Part shown: in pieces, positions 56,024-64,000 of the stretch
Layout of the letters: each line of letters begins with the position of its first letter
Numbering within the stretch: position 1 is the first letter of the stretch
IMG/VR virus record: IMGVR_UViG_3300047160_005625
Coordinates: 6,562 to 70,561 of that record
DNA length: 64,000 bases
Direction: 5' to 3' (one strand)
DNA from: a virus
Lineage: Duplodnaviria; Caudoviricetes
Position numbers and translations under genes: made by a program
The notes under the pieces: model-generated
The model's input: the letters and a program-made list of their open reading frames with translations, nothing else
Told to the model about the DNA's origin: nothing
Databases searched by the model: none

Positions 56024-56491
56024 TCATTTCGCCTCCTCCATTTCCGCTTTCAAGATCGGGTACACTTCCCGCCAATGCCAAAACTCCCAGAGCATCGACA
56101 GCTGCTTGGTGAGTTTGCGGATACGGCGCACCAGATCCAAATCGAACGCCATGCCGAAGTAATCGACGGGACGCTTGCCCTCGATGAGATTGAAATCCTC
56201 GCCCCAAGTCGGATCTACGATGCGCCCCTGTTCATCGACGCACCATGCATGCTCCATCGGGATCACGCTCAGCGCAAAGCCTTCGACGTACCGCAGCCGC
56301 GCTCTGCGCCGCGCCAGATGGTAGGCGTTGTAATAGCACGCCTTCGGAATGCCCAGCCGTCGCGGCAGCCTGCCGCGAACTTGCATCACGCTTCCATGCG
56401 CCAGCAGGAATTGAATAGGAGTAGGAAGCGGCGGGCGATTCATGGCCTGAAGTTGCGCCATCAATTCGCAGTGCTGCTTTGTCAGGCTCAT
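56024..56491 (-). CDS. Transglutaminase/papain-fold-like protein
   Basis: KACYYNA...YVEG...EHAW.VD..G.IVDPTW: candidate Cys-His-Asp triad. Confidence 0.55.
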   Translation of the reverse strand: MSLTKQHCELMAQLQAMNRPPLPTPIQFLLAHGSVMQVRGRLPRRLGIPKACYYNAYHLARRRARLRYVEGFALSVIPMEHAWCVDEQGRIVDPTWGEDFNLIEGKRPVDYFGMAFDLDLVRRIRKLTKQLSMLWEFWHWREVYPILKAEMEEAK

Positions 56492-56512
56492 GCTATCCCT
56501 TCCACGCCGCCC

Positions 56513-56785
56513 TCAACGCCATCGCCGCTGGCGGCGCTGGCGACGCTTCTGGCCATGAGGCCGTTGCCCTACAACATGGCGGCACCCTTCAACCCCGCCT
56601 CCCGCATCAGTTTCCTGGCGGTCGAGAAGCGCGTTTCTGGCTTCCATGTGCAGAACGAGATTTTGGCAATAATCCATAGGCTCCCGCCCCCCCGCAATCG
56701 CAGTAAGCGTTGTCCTAAAAATCCCAGCAAGCATTTGATCCAATTCGGCTTCCTGCGCTGCATCTAGTTTTTCTAACTGGTTCAT
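56513..56785 (-). CDS. Hypothetical protein
   Basis: AGGAGG RBS before ATG 56785. Confidence 0.45.
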   Translation of the reverse strand: MNQLEKLDAAQEAELDQMLAGIFRTTLTAIAGGREPMDYCQNLVLHMEARNALLDRQETDAGGGVEGCRHVVGQRPHGQKRRQRRQRRWR

Positions 56786-56858
56786 TTTTGGTTGCCTCCT
56801 GTTTGAAACGGCCCATCCGTCTATGCGAGCGGGCCGCTCCAAGTCCGCCAAACTAAAT

Positions 56859-56927
56859 TCAATCCCCGATGGGGCCGGGTCCACCGAAGAATGACGCCAG
56901 CCATCCGATCAAAGTCCACAAGCCCAT
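56859..56927 (-). CDS. 22-aa hydrophobic peptide MGLWTLIGWLASFFGGPGPIGD
   Basis: Strong AAAGGAG RBS; below the ORF-track cutoff. Confidence 0.45.
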   Translation of the reverse strand: MGLWTLIGWLASFFGGPGPIGD

Positions 56928-56949
56928 TTAAATTCTCCTTTCTCCTCCG

Positions 56950-57105
56950 TTAGATTCCAAAATCCCTTCTATGGCCTTGATAATATTCAGCTAACTGCCG
57001 CTCTCGGCGCCGAATTTCCGAAGCGCGACCCAACCACAAGCCGAGGCTAAAACATAGAACGTTGCTAACGAGAACGCTCAGCGCAATGTAATCGATCAAA
57101 TCCAT
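56950..57105 (-). CDS. 51-aa single-TM peptide
   Basis: MDLIDYIALSVLVSNVLCFSLGLWLG followed by a charged tail. Confidence 0.5.
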   Translation of the reverse strand: MDLIDYIALSVLVSNVLCFSLGLWLGRASEIRRRERQLAEYYQGHRRDFGI

Positions 57106-57116
57106 TTTTTGCTATC

Positions 57117-57188
57117 TCAACCCTCTATATCTTCGTGCGGGTTATACACGAAAATCGCAATCGCGATCAGTTCCCATAACCAATCCAT
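57117..57188 (-). CDS. 23-aa hydrophobic peptide MDWLWELIAIAIFVYNPHEDIEG
   Basis: AGGAGG RBS. Confidence 0.4.
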   Translation of the reverse strand: MDWLWELIAIAIFVYNPHEDIEG

Positions 57189-57313
57189 CGGCACCGCCTC
57201 CTTTCTCCCTCTTGCAGATAATAGCCACGCAGCCACCACCCCCATCCCATCCCTAACGCAAGGGAAAAAACACAGGCAGCCAAAATCCACCAAAACCTTG
57301 GATCTTGCAACAT
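57167..57313 (-). CDS. 48-aa Trp-rich single-TM peptide
   Basis: AGGAG RBS; MLQDPRFWWILAACVFSLALGMGWGWWLRG. Confidence 0.5.
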   Translation of the reverse strand: MLQDPRFWWILAACVFSLALGMGWGWWLRGYYLQEGERRRCRWIGYGN

Positions 57314-57535
57314 GGTTGAACTCCTGTCCGCATTTGGCGTGACACAATCAAACGCTCGCCGTCAAACTGCCTTTTCACGCGGTCCCGTTGGGAAGTCCTC
57401 ATCTTCCTCATCGAGTCTTAGCCGCGATTGTGACACAATGATCGGGCAGCGTCAAGGGGGGGAAATGATTGCGTCACGATCAACTCCAAACCCCTCTGGG
57501 CGCACGCTTTCACGCAAAGCGCGTATAATGTCCGC

Positions 57536-57733
57536 GTGCTCGCCGTCACCCTTTTGCTCGTCCTTTGCATCGCGCTGTTTCTGTCCTACACCGTCTGGGC
57601 GCTGGTCGTGGGTCTTCGCGAGAGCCGCGAGGCCGATGCGCAACGCGAAGCTTTCCTCCGCGAAATGCGGGGCGATCTCAACCGGCGCGTTTCCTGGTTA
57701 ATGGCGCCAGAAACCGAAGACCGAAACCAGTAG
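57536..57733 (+). CDS. Single-TM small protein on the opposite strand
   Basis: TATAAT at 57524-57529 just upstream; hydrophobic N-terminus. Confidence 0.5.
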   Translation: MLAVTLLLVLCIALFLSYTVWALVVGLRESREADAQREAFLREMRGDLNRRVSWLMAPETEDRNQ

Positions 57734-57955
57734 GCCGAACGCCACAAACCCCAAGACGACGAGGCCCGGAAGCAGAAACGCGAGCCGTGGATTTTCGAAC
57801 CACCGATAGTGCAGGGTGAGCTTCCATCGCGTCGGCGCCCCGCAAAAAGCACACCCCTGCTCCTGATCCTGCTTCACCTTAAAAAACGGGTCGCGCTCCA
57901 ACGAGCGCCCTGGTCGATGCTCCCGCTCCCAGCACTCCTCGCAAATGGGGTGCAT
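57698..57955 (-). CDS. Small Zn-ribbon membrane protein
   Basis: CEEC...CAFCG plus a C-terminal TM. Confidence 0.55.
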   Translation of the reverse strand: MHPICEECWEREHRPGRSLERDPFFKVKQDQEQGCAFCGAPTRWKLTLHYRWFENPRLAFLLPGLVVLGFVAFGLLVSVFGFWRH

Positions 57956-57959
57956 TTTT

Positions 57960-58433
57960 TTAACTCCTCGCCTGCGCTAGTCGTAGCGCCATCGATCTGA
58001 GCCAACTGCGGCTTTCCGAGGGAGGGAGATCGTCGCAACAGGCGAAGTAAAGAGCCAGAACTATAAACCACATCGTGATGCGCCACAATCGGAATCCATT
58101 CAGCAGCCATAGTGGCACTGTGAATCCCGTTAAAATAAGATAGATTATCCTGAGCGCATAGGCCGAGATCTTTCTGGGATTAGAAAACATCGGATTCAAA
58201 AATTTTTCTAGTATTACTGACCAAATGGCACTCAGGAAAATGATCGTCATAAGAAGAATATCCAGCGTCTTCAAGATCGGGTCCTCGTTCACCGTCCAGT
58301 CAGCCAGCATCAAACAGACTGCGATCAGATAACTCAGCCGCTCCCAAAATTTGGAAGTTAGGCCGAAAAGCTTTTGCGTGAAGTGAGAGAATGCTTCCAG
58401 CTTCGTTATAATCCACGAGTCGATTGCCTTCAT
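57960..58433 (-). CDS. Multi-TM membrane protein (157 aa)
   Basis: ATGA overlap at 58430-58433; about four hydrophobic segments. Confidence 0.6.
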   Translation of the reverse strand: MKAIDSWIITKLEAFSHFTQKLFGLTSKFWERLSYLIAVCLMLADWTVNEDPILKTLDILLMTIIFLSAIWSVILEKFLNPMFSNPRKISAYALRIIYLILTGFTVPLWLLNGFRLWRITMWFIVLALYFACCDDLPPSESRSWLRSMALRLAQARS

Positions 58434-58885
58434 GGTGCGGTCTTCTGATCCTCGATCCACTTCAGAAAGGCGTGGATCTGCGAGACGCTTTCCTCGGGAG
58501 CGCGCCGGCGTGCGCCGGTCCACTTGGTTTTGTAAAACACAACGCTGCCCTCGATTTTCAAAATTGTCCGAGTGGAGTATTTCCCTTGCAGAACTTTCCC
58601 CGGAGCAAGGCCAGATTCGAGTAACGCGGCTTCCGTGATTTGAGCCTGACGCCGCCGGGATATCCGGCTCAAGTGTTCCACGCGTTTGCTGAGTTGCTCC
58701 GGTTGTCCTGAGCGCATGTCGGCCCAAACTTTGCTCGCGCGTTTGCTCCGCTGCTTCGAAGTCGATTGATCCCGCGCCCTCAACATTTGGCCGAGAGTAA
58801 TCCACTCGCCACCCGGACGGCGTGTGGCTCCGCAGATGGCGCACTCCTCCACCGGGATCGGTATGTGTTCGTGCTTTTGCTCCAC
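58430..58885 (-). CDS. Hypothetical protein (151 aa)
   Basis: Operon-coupled; CAICG motif. Confidence 0.55.
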   Translation of the reverse strand: MEQKHEHIPIPVEECAICGATRRPGGEWITLGQMLRARDQSTSKQRSKRASKVWADMRSGQPEQLSKRVEHLSRISRRRQAQITEAALLESGLAPGKVLQGKYSTRTILKIEGSVVFYKTKWTGARRRAPEESVSQIHAFLKWIEDQKTAP

Positions 58886-58886
58886 T

Positions 58887-59156
58887 TCAGTCCCCTAGGT
58901 CTGAATACTTGCGGAGCCACCACGCGCGCGCTTGCTCTGGCGTCTGGCATTCTTGCTCGCGTAGACTTATTTGATCGTCTAACGCTCCGTCAATCCAGTG
59001 GGGGATCAAGTCGGGACTGTTGCCGTCTGCCGCTTCCGCGTGCATCTTTACGGTTTCGCCCAGAACGGGATCGAGCATCGTTACGCGAGCCGCGAAGCCC
59101 TCAAAGTCTCGTGGCCCTAGCCCGTTGGTTAGATTCAATAGCTCCAGTTGTGTCAT
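58887..59156 (-). CDS. Hypothetical protein (89 aa)
   Basis: AGAAAGGAC RBS within a structured leader. Confidence 0.6.
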   Translation of the reverse strand: MTQLELLNLTNGLGPRDFEGFAARVTMLDPVLGETVKMHAEAADGNSPDLIPHWIDGALDDQISLREQECQTPEQARAWWLRKYSDLGD

Positions 59157-59160
59157 TTTC

Positions 59161-59241
59161 GTCCTTTCTGTCGAGGCGTCAAGCCGCTGGCAACCACCAG
59201 AAAGGACATTCAGAATAGCCGCCGAGCGGCTTTGACGCCTC
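59161..59241 (-). promoter_or_regulatory. Structured 5' leader with alternative RBS-sequestering pairing
   Basis: 59198-59207 is the exact reverse complement of the RBS region 59161-59170; 59173-59188 pairs with 59225-59241. Confidence 0.55.
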
Positions 59242-59292
59242 TTCCAATGGTGCCACGTATCCCGTTAAAATTGCAAACCTACACCCACTCAA

Positions 59293-59496
59293 TCACGCAG
59301 ATCCGAGGCGGGCCGGAATCTCGCCCACCTCGATCTCTTGCGCGCCCTGTTGGCGATACTTCTCAAAGAGCCGCTCCAGTTCTTTGCGGACGGTCCACGT
59401 CATCGCACACGATTGCTCGCGAAAGCTTCCGTCCACGATGACGCGAATCACGTAGCGATCCAATTGCCGATACTCGGCTAGGATTCGAACTTTCAT
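59293..59496 (-). CDS. Hypothetical protein (67 aa)
   Basis: TGATG coupling with the upstream gene. Confidence 0.55.
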   Translation of the reverse strand: MKVRILAEYRQLDRYVIRVIVDGSFREQSCAMTWTVRKELERLFEKYRQQGAQEIEVGEIPARLGSA

Positions 59497-59834
59497 CAGC
59501 CTTCATCAATCGAATCGTCGGTCGCCGCGTCGAAGGCGGCATCGCCGTCGTCGTTCTCGTCTTCCGCCAGATCGGTTTCGATCTCGGAGATAGTTTTGGC
59601 GATGCTCTCCACAATCTCGCCGAGAGCCGTGCGAAACGCTTCTACTTCGACAGGCGACAGCATGGTATGCGCCGCCATGCTGAGAGGGGAAAGGAACCGC
59701 TGGACTTCGCGGAGCGCTTCGAGTTCCTCGGGGAGTTTTAAACTCTCAAACAGCGCTCGGCCGTTGCGCCGCGCCTCGCGCAGCATGCCTCTAAAAATTT
59801 GGCGGAAATTGGGCGTCAACTCGAATGCGGTCAT
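59496..59834 (-). CDS. Hypothetical helical protein with acidic tail
   Basis: GGAGGA RBS; ATGA overlap. Confidence 0.6.
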   Translation of the reverse strand: MTAFELTPNFRQIFRGMLREARRNGRALFESLKLPEELEALREVQRFLSPLSMAAHTMLSPVEVEAFRTALGEIVESIAKTISEIETDLAEDENDDGDAAFDAATDDSIDEG

Positions 59835-60280
59835 TGTAGCTGTTCCTCCCGTTTCTCAATCTCGATTACATAGTTTGGGTCTCCGTAGTCGCTGTGCGTC
59901 CAAACCCGCAAGAGCATATGGCGCTCTTCTCCCTCGTCTTTGACGTTTCCGGCATCGAGCAGCGCCACCGTCTGACCCTGCCATTCCCAGAAGATGCCGG
60001 GATAGTCGCGGTCCACGGAGCGTAACGCCCTGATTTCGCCGAGCGGGGTCTGAACCTCAATGGCTTGCGCTTTGCGCGCCGCCTCGATGGATTCGGGATT
60101 GTCGAGCAGCCGTTTCCAGCGGCGATATTGCCCAAGCTGCGCGCGTATCCAGATGGGTTGCTCGTCGTCCAGGTCCGATGCGCCGGGATCTTCGAGAAAT
60201 CCCGCTACCGCCTCGTGCAAGGCCGCTTCGAGCGCGGCGATGCGTTTGTCTCTCTGATCTGGCTCGCTGGGGCGTTTCAT
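59831..60280 (-). CDS. Hypothetical protein (start reassigned to MKRPSE)
   Basis: GGAGGTG RBS before 60280. Confidence 0.55.
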   Translation of the reverse strand: MKRPSEPDQRDKRIAALEAALHEAVAGFLEDPGASDLDDEQPIWIRAQLGQYRRWKRLLDNPESIEAARKAQAIEVQTPLGEIRALRSVDRDYPGIFWEWQGQTVALLDAGNVKDEGEERHMLLRVWTHSDYGDPNYVIEIEKREEQLQ

Positions 60281-60504
60281 CGCTTCACCTCCGTAAGCAA
60301 GTCGCTCGGCTTGCGTCCAATGGCTTGGAGCAACTCGCAAAACTCGCGCAACATGGCGATTTTTTTCTGATTGTAAGCAGAATCGTACAGCGGATCGCGC
60401 CTCATGGCTGCTTGGCGCCGCGCATTCTTCCAAACCTGCAAGATGTGTTGCGGAACGGGCGCAAAGTCCTTCCGCCGTTGCTGGACAATAGAATCAGATC
60501 TCAT
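60277..60504 (-). CDS. Hypothetical protein (75 aa)
   Basis: GAGGTG RBS; ATGA overlap. Confidence 0.55.
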   Translation of the reverse strand: MRSDSIVQQRRKDFAPVPQHILQVWKNARRQAAMRRDPLYDSAYNQKKIAMLREFCELLQAIGRKPSDLLTEVKR

Positions 60505-60625
60505 TTCGATGCACCTCGATCTGGGATTTAGGGCTAGGCCGCTGTTAGCGCAGCGGTCTAGCCCGCTTGGGCGAATCGCCCGCCCAGCCCCGCACGCGAG
60601 GCTGTGGCGCGCGGCTCACCGCGCT

Positions 60626-61675
60626 TTAGTTTTTCGTCGCTGGTTCCGCGCTCTGCTGCGGAATCAACTCGATTCGCCGTTCGAACAAGAACGGTCCATA
60701 TGGCAGCTTTAACATGGCGTGATAGTACGCCTTGGATTGTGTTTCAATGTCCTCGTCATTGCGATGACAGTAACGCACTTTCCGAAAAGTCGCCGTTACA
60801 TCGGCCGGAAACTTGCCGCTGAGTTCGCGCCACGATGCATAGACCTTGGTTGGCAGCGTCTCGACTGACTCGTCTTGGCAGACGCATTCGCGGTTATCAC
60901 AGACGATGGGCGCGATTGCCTCCTTGGGAACGCTTGCTTCGTTAAAGGCTCGTTCGGCAATCTTGCTCACAATTGTTTTGCGCGCCAATAAACCATCGGC
61001 GAATTGCGCTTTGAGCACATCATCGCCGTGTTCCGCTACCCACGCCGCGATGAACTTCTGTTTGGTCGCTTCTATCGCGTCTCTCTCGGCTTCGGCAGCG
61101 GCCTTTAGCGCTTCTTCCGCTTTGCGGTCCAACTCGTTGCGGCGTTTAATCTCCGCGATAACCTCTTCTCGGCGCGGACTATGCTGAAGCGAGATTTCAT
61201 ATCCGCTCTTGCCATGCGAGATTTTTGTTTCCCAGTAATAGATCTCGCCGTAATTGCGATATGTGCCGCGCGCCTCGCGATCGGCTAGGAATGCATCAAT
61301 CCATCGCTCACGCTTGACCGCGCCCTCTTGCTCTTGTGTGGCGGCTAGCTCGGCTTTTTGCTTTTTTTCCGCCTCCACTTTCGCCCGACCTGCCCGCAAA
61401 AGGGCGATTACATCGGGATTCGCCTTTCGGAAGTGCCTCACATCTCCGTCGAATTCGCCTGTGGCGCTGAGCCACTCGCATTGTGGCGAGATCCATTCTT
61501 TCGCCAGATCCAAATATGCGTCGCCATTCTCATCTATGTGCATGAAGACCAAATCCTCTGGCTTAATTTCGACGGTAACCGTCTGTTTGCGGGCGAGTGG
61601 TTGGCCTGTGGCCTGCATCGCCTCGCGTTGGGCCTGCTCAGTGAGCAGAAATGTGACGGTCGCAAACACATGCAT
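60626..61675 (-). CDS. Hypothetical protein (349 aa) with coiled coil
   Basis: AAGAGGA RBS. Confidence 0.65.
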   Translation of the reverse strand: MHVFATVTFLLTEQAQREAMQATGQPLARKQTVTVEIKPEDLVFMHIDENGDAYLDLAKEWISPQCEWLSATGEFDGDVRHFRKANPDVIALLRAGRAKVEAEKKQKAELAATQEQEGAVKRERWIDAFLADREARGTYRNYGEIYYWETKISHGKSGYEISLQHSPRREEVIAEIKRRNELDRKAEEALKAAAEAERDAIEATKQKFIAAWVAEHGDDVLKAQFADGLLARKTIVSKIAERAFNEASVPKEAIAPIVCDNRECVCQDESVETLPTKVYASWRELSGKFPADVTATFRKVRYCHRNDEDIETQSKAYYHAMLKLPYGPFLFERRIELIPQQSAEPATKN

Positions 61676-61746
61676 CGTTTTTCCTCTTTCTGGGCGAATC
61701 GCCCGCCCAGCCCCGCACGCGAGGCTGCGGCGCGCGGCTCACGCGC

Positions 61747-62181
61747 TCATAACTCGACTGCCGGTAAATCGGCGATGCACTCATGCACGAGGCGCGGAAA
61801 CACGCTAGGGCCGTATCCGTCGTCGTCGGGCATCCGCTCCTCAATCTCGCGGCCCACATCCTGAATCGCTGCAATGATCGGCTCCGCATCGCCAATCGAG
61901 TCGGCGTCTGCGTTAGGAACCTGGATCAATTTGCCGCCGCGAATATCGCTTGCGTTCGCACCGCCGAAATAGATATAAGTCGCATAGACTATGGTGCGCC
62001 CATCTGCATGTTGTCGGACGGTGAGCTTCCACGTCGCTTTGCGGTTCGCCTGAAACTCATATTGGTTATCAAAGTTCTTATCTTCTGCGCTCGCAATGAC
62101 GGGCCAGTCGTCCTTTTTGATTTTCACCGGCTGCGCGCCGGTTAGTGTGATGGTCAGGTATGGGTTTTCTTGTTGTGACAT
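61747..62181 (-). CDS. Hypothetical protein (144 aa)
   Basis: Start MSQQENPY with AGAAG upstream. Confidence 0.65.
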   Translation of the reverse strand: MSQQENPYLTITLTGAQPVKIKKDDWPVIASAEDKNFDNQYEFQANRKATWKLTVRQHADGRTIVYATYIYFGGANASDIRGGKLIQVPNADADSIGDAEPIIAAIQDVGREIEERMPDDDGYGPSVFPRLVHECIADLPAVEL

Positions 62182-62263
62182 CTTGTCTTCTTTCTGAGTG
62201 GTTACGGCCACTCGCCGGGGGCGAATCGCCCGCCCGGCCCCCGGTGGAGGCTAGGCGCGCGGC

Positions 62264-64000
62264 TCACGCGCTCGGTTTGGTTACGGACAGTAGCACGGTC
62301 CTAACGCCCGTTCCCGCCTCTTCGAACGTCTCGGGCGGCAGTTCTTCCCACGTTCCGCCGTACTGTGCCACTATCGGCCTGAGCTTATCTTGCTGCCGGG
62401 GACCGCCAGCGCAGATTGCCACTAGACGCCCGCCCGGTTTCAGCATGTGCAACGCATGCTCGATGTGGTCAATATCCTGCGCATGGACAAACGGCGGATT
62501 CATCAGAATCACGTCGAATGTCCCCAGGTTGCCGTTACAAGTCAGAAAATCAGCCTGTAAGACGTTGCGGCAAATCCCCTGCGCAGCATCGGCAGCGGGC
62601 GTAAAACGCTGGCTCAAAGATTCCGCCAACTTGCCGTTAACCTCGACCATGAACAAATCAGCGTTTGGGCGGGCGGCCTGAACCGCTCGGCAGATGGCCC
62701 CTGTACCGGCGCTCGGCTCTAACACCGTTTCGCCCGGTTGGATATCGGCCATATCCACCATGCGCGCGGCTAGATCGCGAGGCGTGGGGAACAACTGCGG
62801 TGCGCTCACAACGTGGATGCCCTGCTTTAGCGTGTCTTTGAGCGCGTCGAACTTGGTAGGCTCGGGCGGCGTGTAGGTTTTCGATTCAGGCGGCGTGACA
62901 AACTCGCTCTTCACCGCTGCCGGGGTTTCCGGCGCCGGAACCACCGGCGCCGCTGGGGGCTTCACCTCCTTTGCATCGGTGATAAATACCGGAATGCGCG
63001 CCCAGTCGCGACCGGACACGGAGCGCTGCCGGTAAGCAATCGCCGTTTCTCCTTGTGATGGCCGCCCATAGGTGTGGCGCCCATTGGCGTCAAAAGTCGC
63101 GGCGAAGCTGCTATCGCTCCATTTGGTTTTCTGTTTCCATTCGGCCATGGTCATCTCGACGCAATCGGGCGCGCGGAAATTCACGAGCGGCGGTTTTTGC
63201 ATCACCGCTTTCACCTTGGCGGCGTCCTCCGCGCTCGGCGGGCGGTAATCCTTGATTTCCTCGATGCCTGTAGGCCAAACGCCCAAATAGCGGCGGGTAA
63301 CGCTTACGCTTACGATTTTGCCAGCGCTCTTGTTGATTTTGAGCACCGGCGACCACTCGTTGCCGATCAAAACGCGCCCGCCCACCTCGATCTGGAATCG
63401 ATCCGCAGCCAATCCGCCCGATTCGGCGAGCATGGCGCGCTCATATTCGAGTCGGTTTTCATAGTGGCGAATCCAGCGTTCACAATGCGCGATCCAGCGG
63501 GGATAGGTGGCCTGTGCAACCGGGAAAACTTCGTCTAACGCCCGGGGTGCGTACAGATTCGGATAGGAATTATTCAAAGCGCTGTACACGTCCGGGCATT
63601 GGTCGAAATCCGGTTTATCGCCTTCCTTGCGCGGCAGCCGGAGATGACACATCCCTGCGAGCCGCAGCGCAACGCCCTTTTGCAATTCTTTGTCTGGTTC
63701 GTTTTCGCAGTCCGTCCAAAGTTTCAGCCACATTTCGGCCTCTTGCTTGTATTTGTCTTGCTTGCGCCTATCCGCTTCGAGTCCCTTGATGCGCCGGGCG
63801 CGCACGTCGGGCCGTTCCTTGTACTTCGCGGCAGCAATCGCGCCCGCCGCGCGAGATTTCCAATACTTCGAGGTTTCCCACATCTGAACGGCCTTTCGCA
63901 TTCCGTTTTCGATTCGCTCCGCGTCCTTCCGCGCGTGGCGCTCGCTGTGATGGCCTACTAGAATCGGCTGCCCTAGCGGGATTCCGTCCGTAATGCGTTT
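62264..64000 (-). CDS. DUF3560-domain protein fused to an N6-adenine-type SAM methyltransferase (5' partial)
   Basis: The frame is open to the window edge: GIPLGQPILVGHHSERHARKDAERI (DUF3560); QLFPTP, VLEPSAGTG (motif I), ILMNPPF (motif IV). Confidence 0.85.
   Translation of the reverse strand, partial: KRITDGIPLGQPILVGHHSERHARKDAERIENGMRKAVQMWETSKYWKSRAAGAIAAAKYKERPDVRARRIKGLEADRRKQDKYKQEAEMWLKLWTDCENEPDKELQKGVALRLAGMCHLRLPRKEGDKPDFDQCPDVYSALNNSYPNLYAPRALDEVFPVAQATYPRWIAHCERWIRHYENRLEYERAMLAESGGLAADRFQIEVGGRVLIGNEWSPVLKINKSAGKIVSVSVTRRYLGVWPTGIEEIKDYRPPSAEDAAKVKAVMQKPPLVNFRAPDCVEMTMAEWKQKTKWSDSSFAATFDANGRHTYGRPSQGETAIAYRQRSVSGRDWARIPVFITDAKEVKPPAAPVVPAPETPAAVKSEFVTPPESKTYTPPEPTKFDALKDTLKQGIHVVSAPQLFPTPRDLAARMVDMADIQPGETVLEPSAGTGAICRAVQAARPNADLFMVEVNGKLAESLSQRFTPAADAAQGICRNVLQADFLTCNGNLGTFDVILMNPPFVHAQDIDHIEHALHMLKPGGRLVAICAGGPRQQDKLRPIVAQYGGTWEELPPETFEEAGTGVRTVLLSVTKPSA

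Larger units (their letters stand above)
60569..62271 (-). repeat. Three copies of an approximately 55-nt intergenic triple-hairpin element (60569-60624, 61692-61746, 62219-62271)
   Basis: Plus-strand consensus GGGCGAATCGCCCGCCC(A/G)GCCCC...GAGGCT..GCGCGCGGCTCAC(C)GCGC; each copy sits between a stop and the next RBS. Confidence 0.9.
1..64000. mobile_element. Temperate dsDNA tailed phage (prophage or phage contig), podovirus-like, probably larger than the window
   Basis: TerL, portal-like, capsid-like, ejection-like, Bet, large serine recombinase, XRE regulator and replication initiator are all present. No host core genes and no att boundary were seen. The last ORF runs off the right edge. 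Confidence 0.92.

Noticed and set aside
60569-62271. Intergenic repeats as a CRISPR array or integron attC sites
   Set aside because: Spacers are whole genes of 0.5-1.1 kb, there are no cas genes or tyrosine integron integrase, and attC R-box (RYYYAAC/GTTRRRY) ends are absent.
1-64000. tRNA, tmRNA or rRNA genes
   Set aside because: No cloverleaf with T-loop GTTCRA and matching D-arm was recognised by eye. tRNAscan-SE would be needed to exclude them fully.

Overview
The whole window is one temperate tailed-phage genome segment, and no host housekeeping genes are visible. It looks podovirus-like: no tail tube, sheath or classical tape-measure gene was recognised. The secreted-protein style (signal peptides cleaved at A|Q, cohesin/dockerin-like and HAF-like repeats) suggests an Acidobacteria-like host, which is an inference. 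Layout: a + strand morphogenesis region (about 0.9-40.3 kb) in unusual order (candidate TerS, scaffold, major capsid, adaptor/tail, fibre, ejection proteins, then TerL and portal, then more fibres). Next comes a divergent control region with an XRE-STAS-PAS regulator (41.4-42.7 kb), then a + strand early operon (Bet recombinase, large serine recombinase, nucleases, replication initiator; 42.7-55.5 kb) and a - strand accessory operon (55.6-64 kb). Highlights: (1) a 250-nt group I intron (4141-4390) splits the major capsid gene and is missed by the ORF track; (2) seven Cys-rich proteins in the virion operon carry apparent Sec signal peptides; (3) the repressor-like protein is fused to STAS-like and PAS sensor domains; (4) TerL holds a LAGLIDADG intein; (5) an HNH gene has TGA exactly at a Zn-finger Cys; (6) four gene junctions downstream of the integrase share a duplicated integrase tail; (7) the - strand operon has three copies of a triple-hairpin intergenic element, an RBS-sequestering RNA switch and an array of tiny membrane peptides. 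All domain calls come from motif recognition by eye, and no database search was run.
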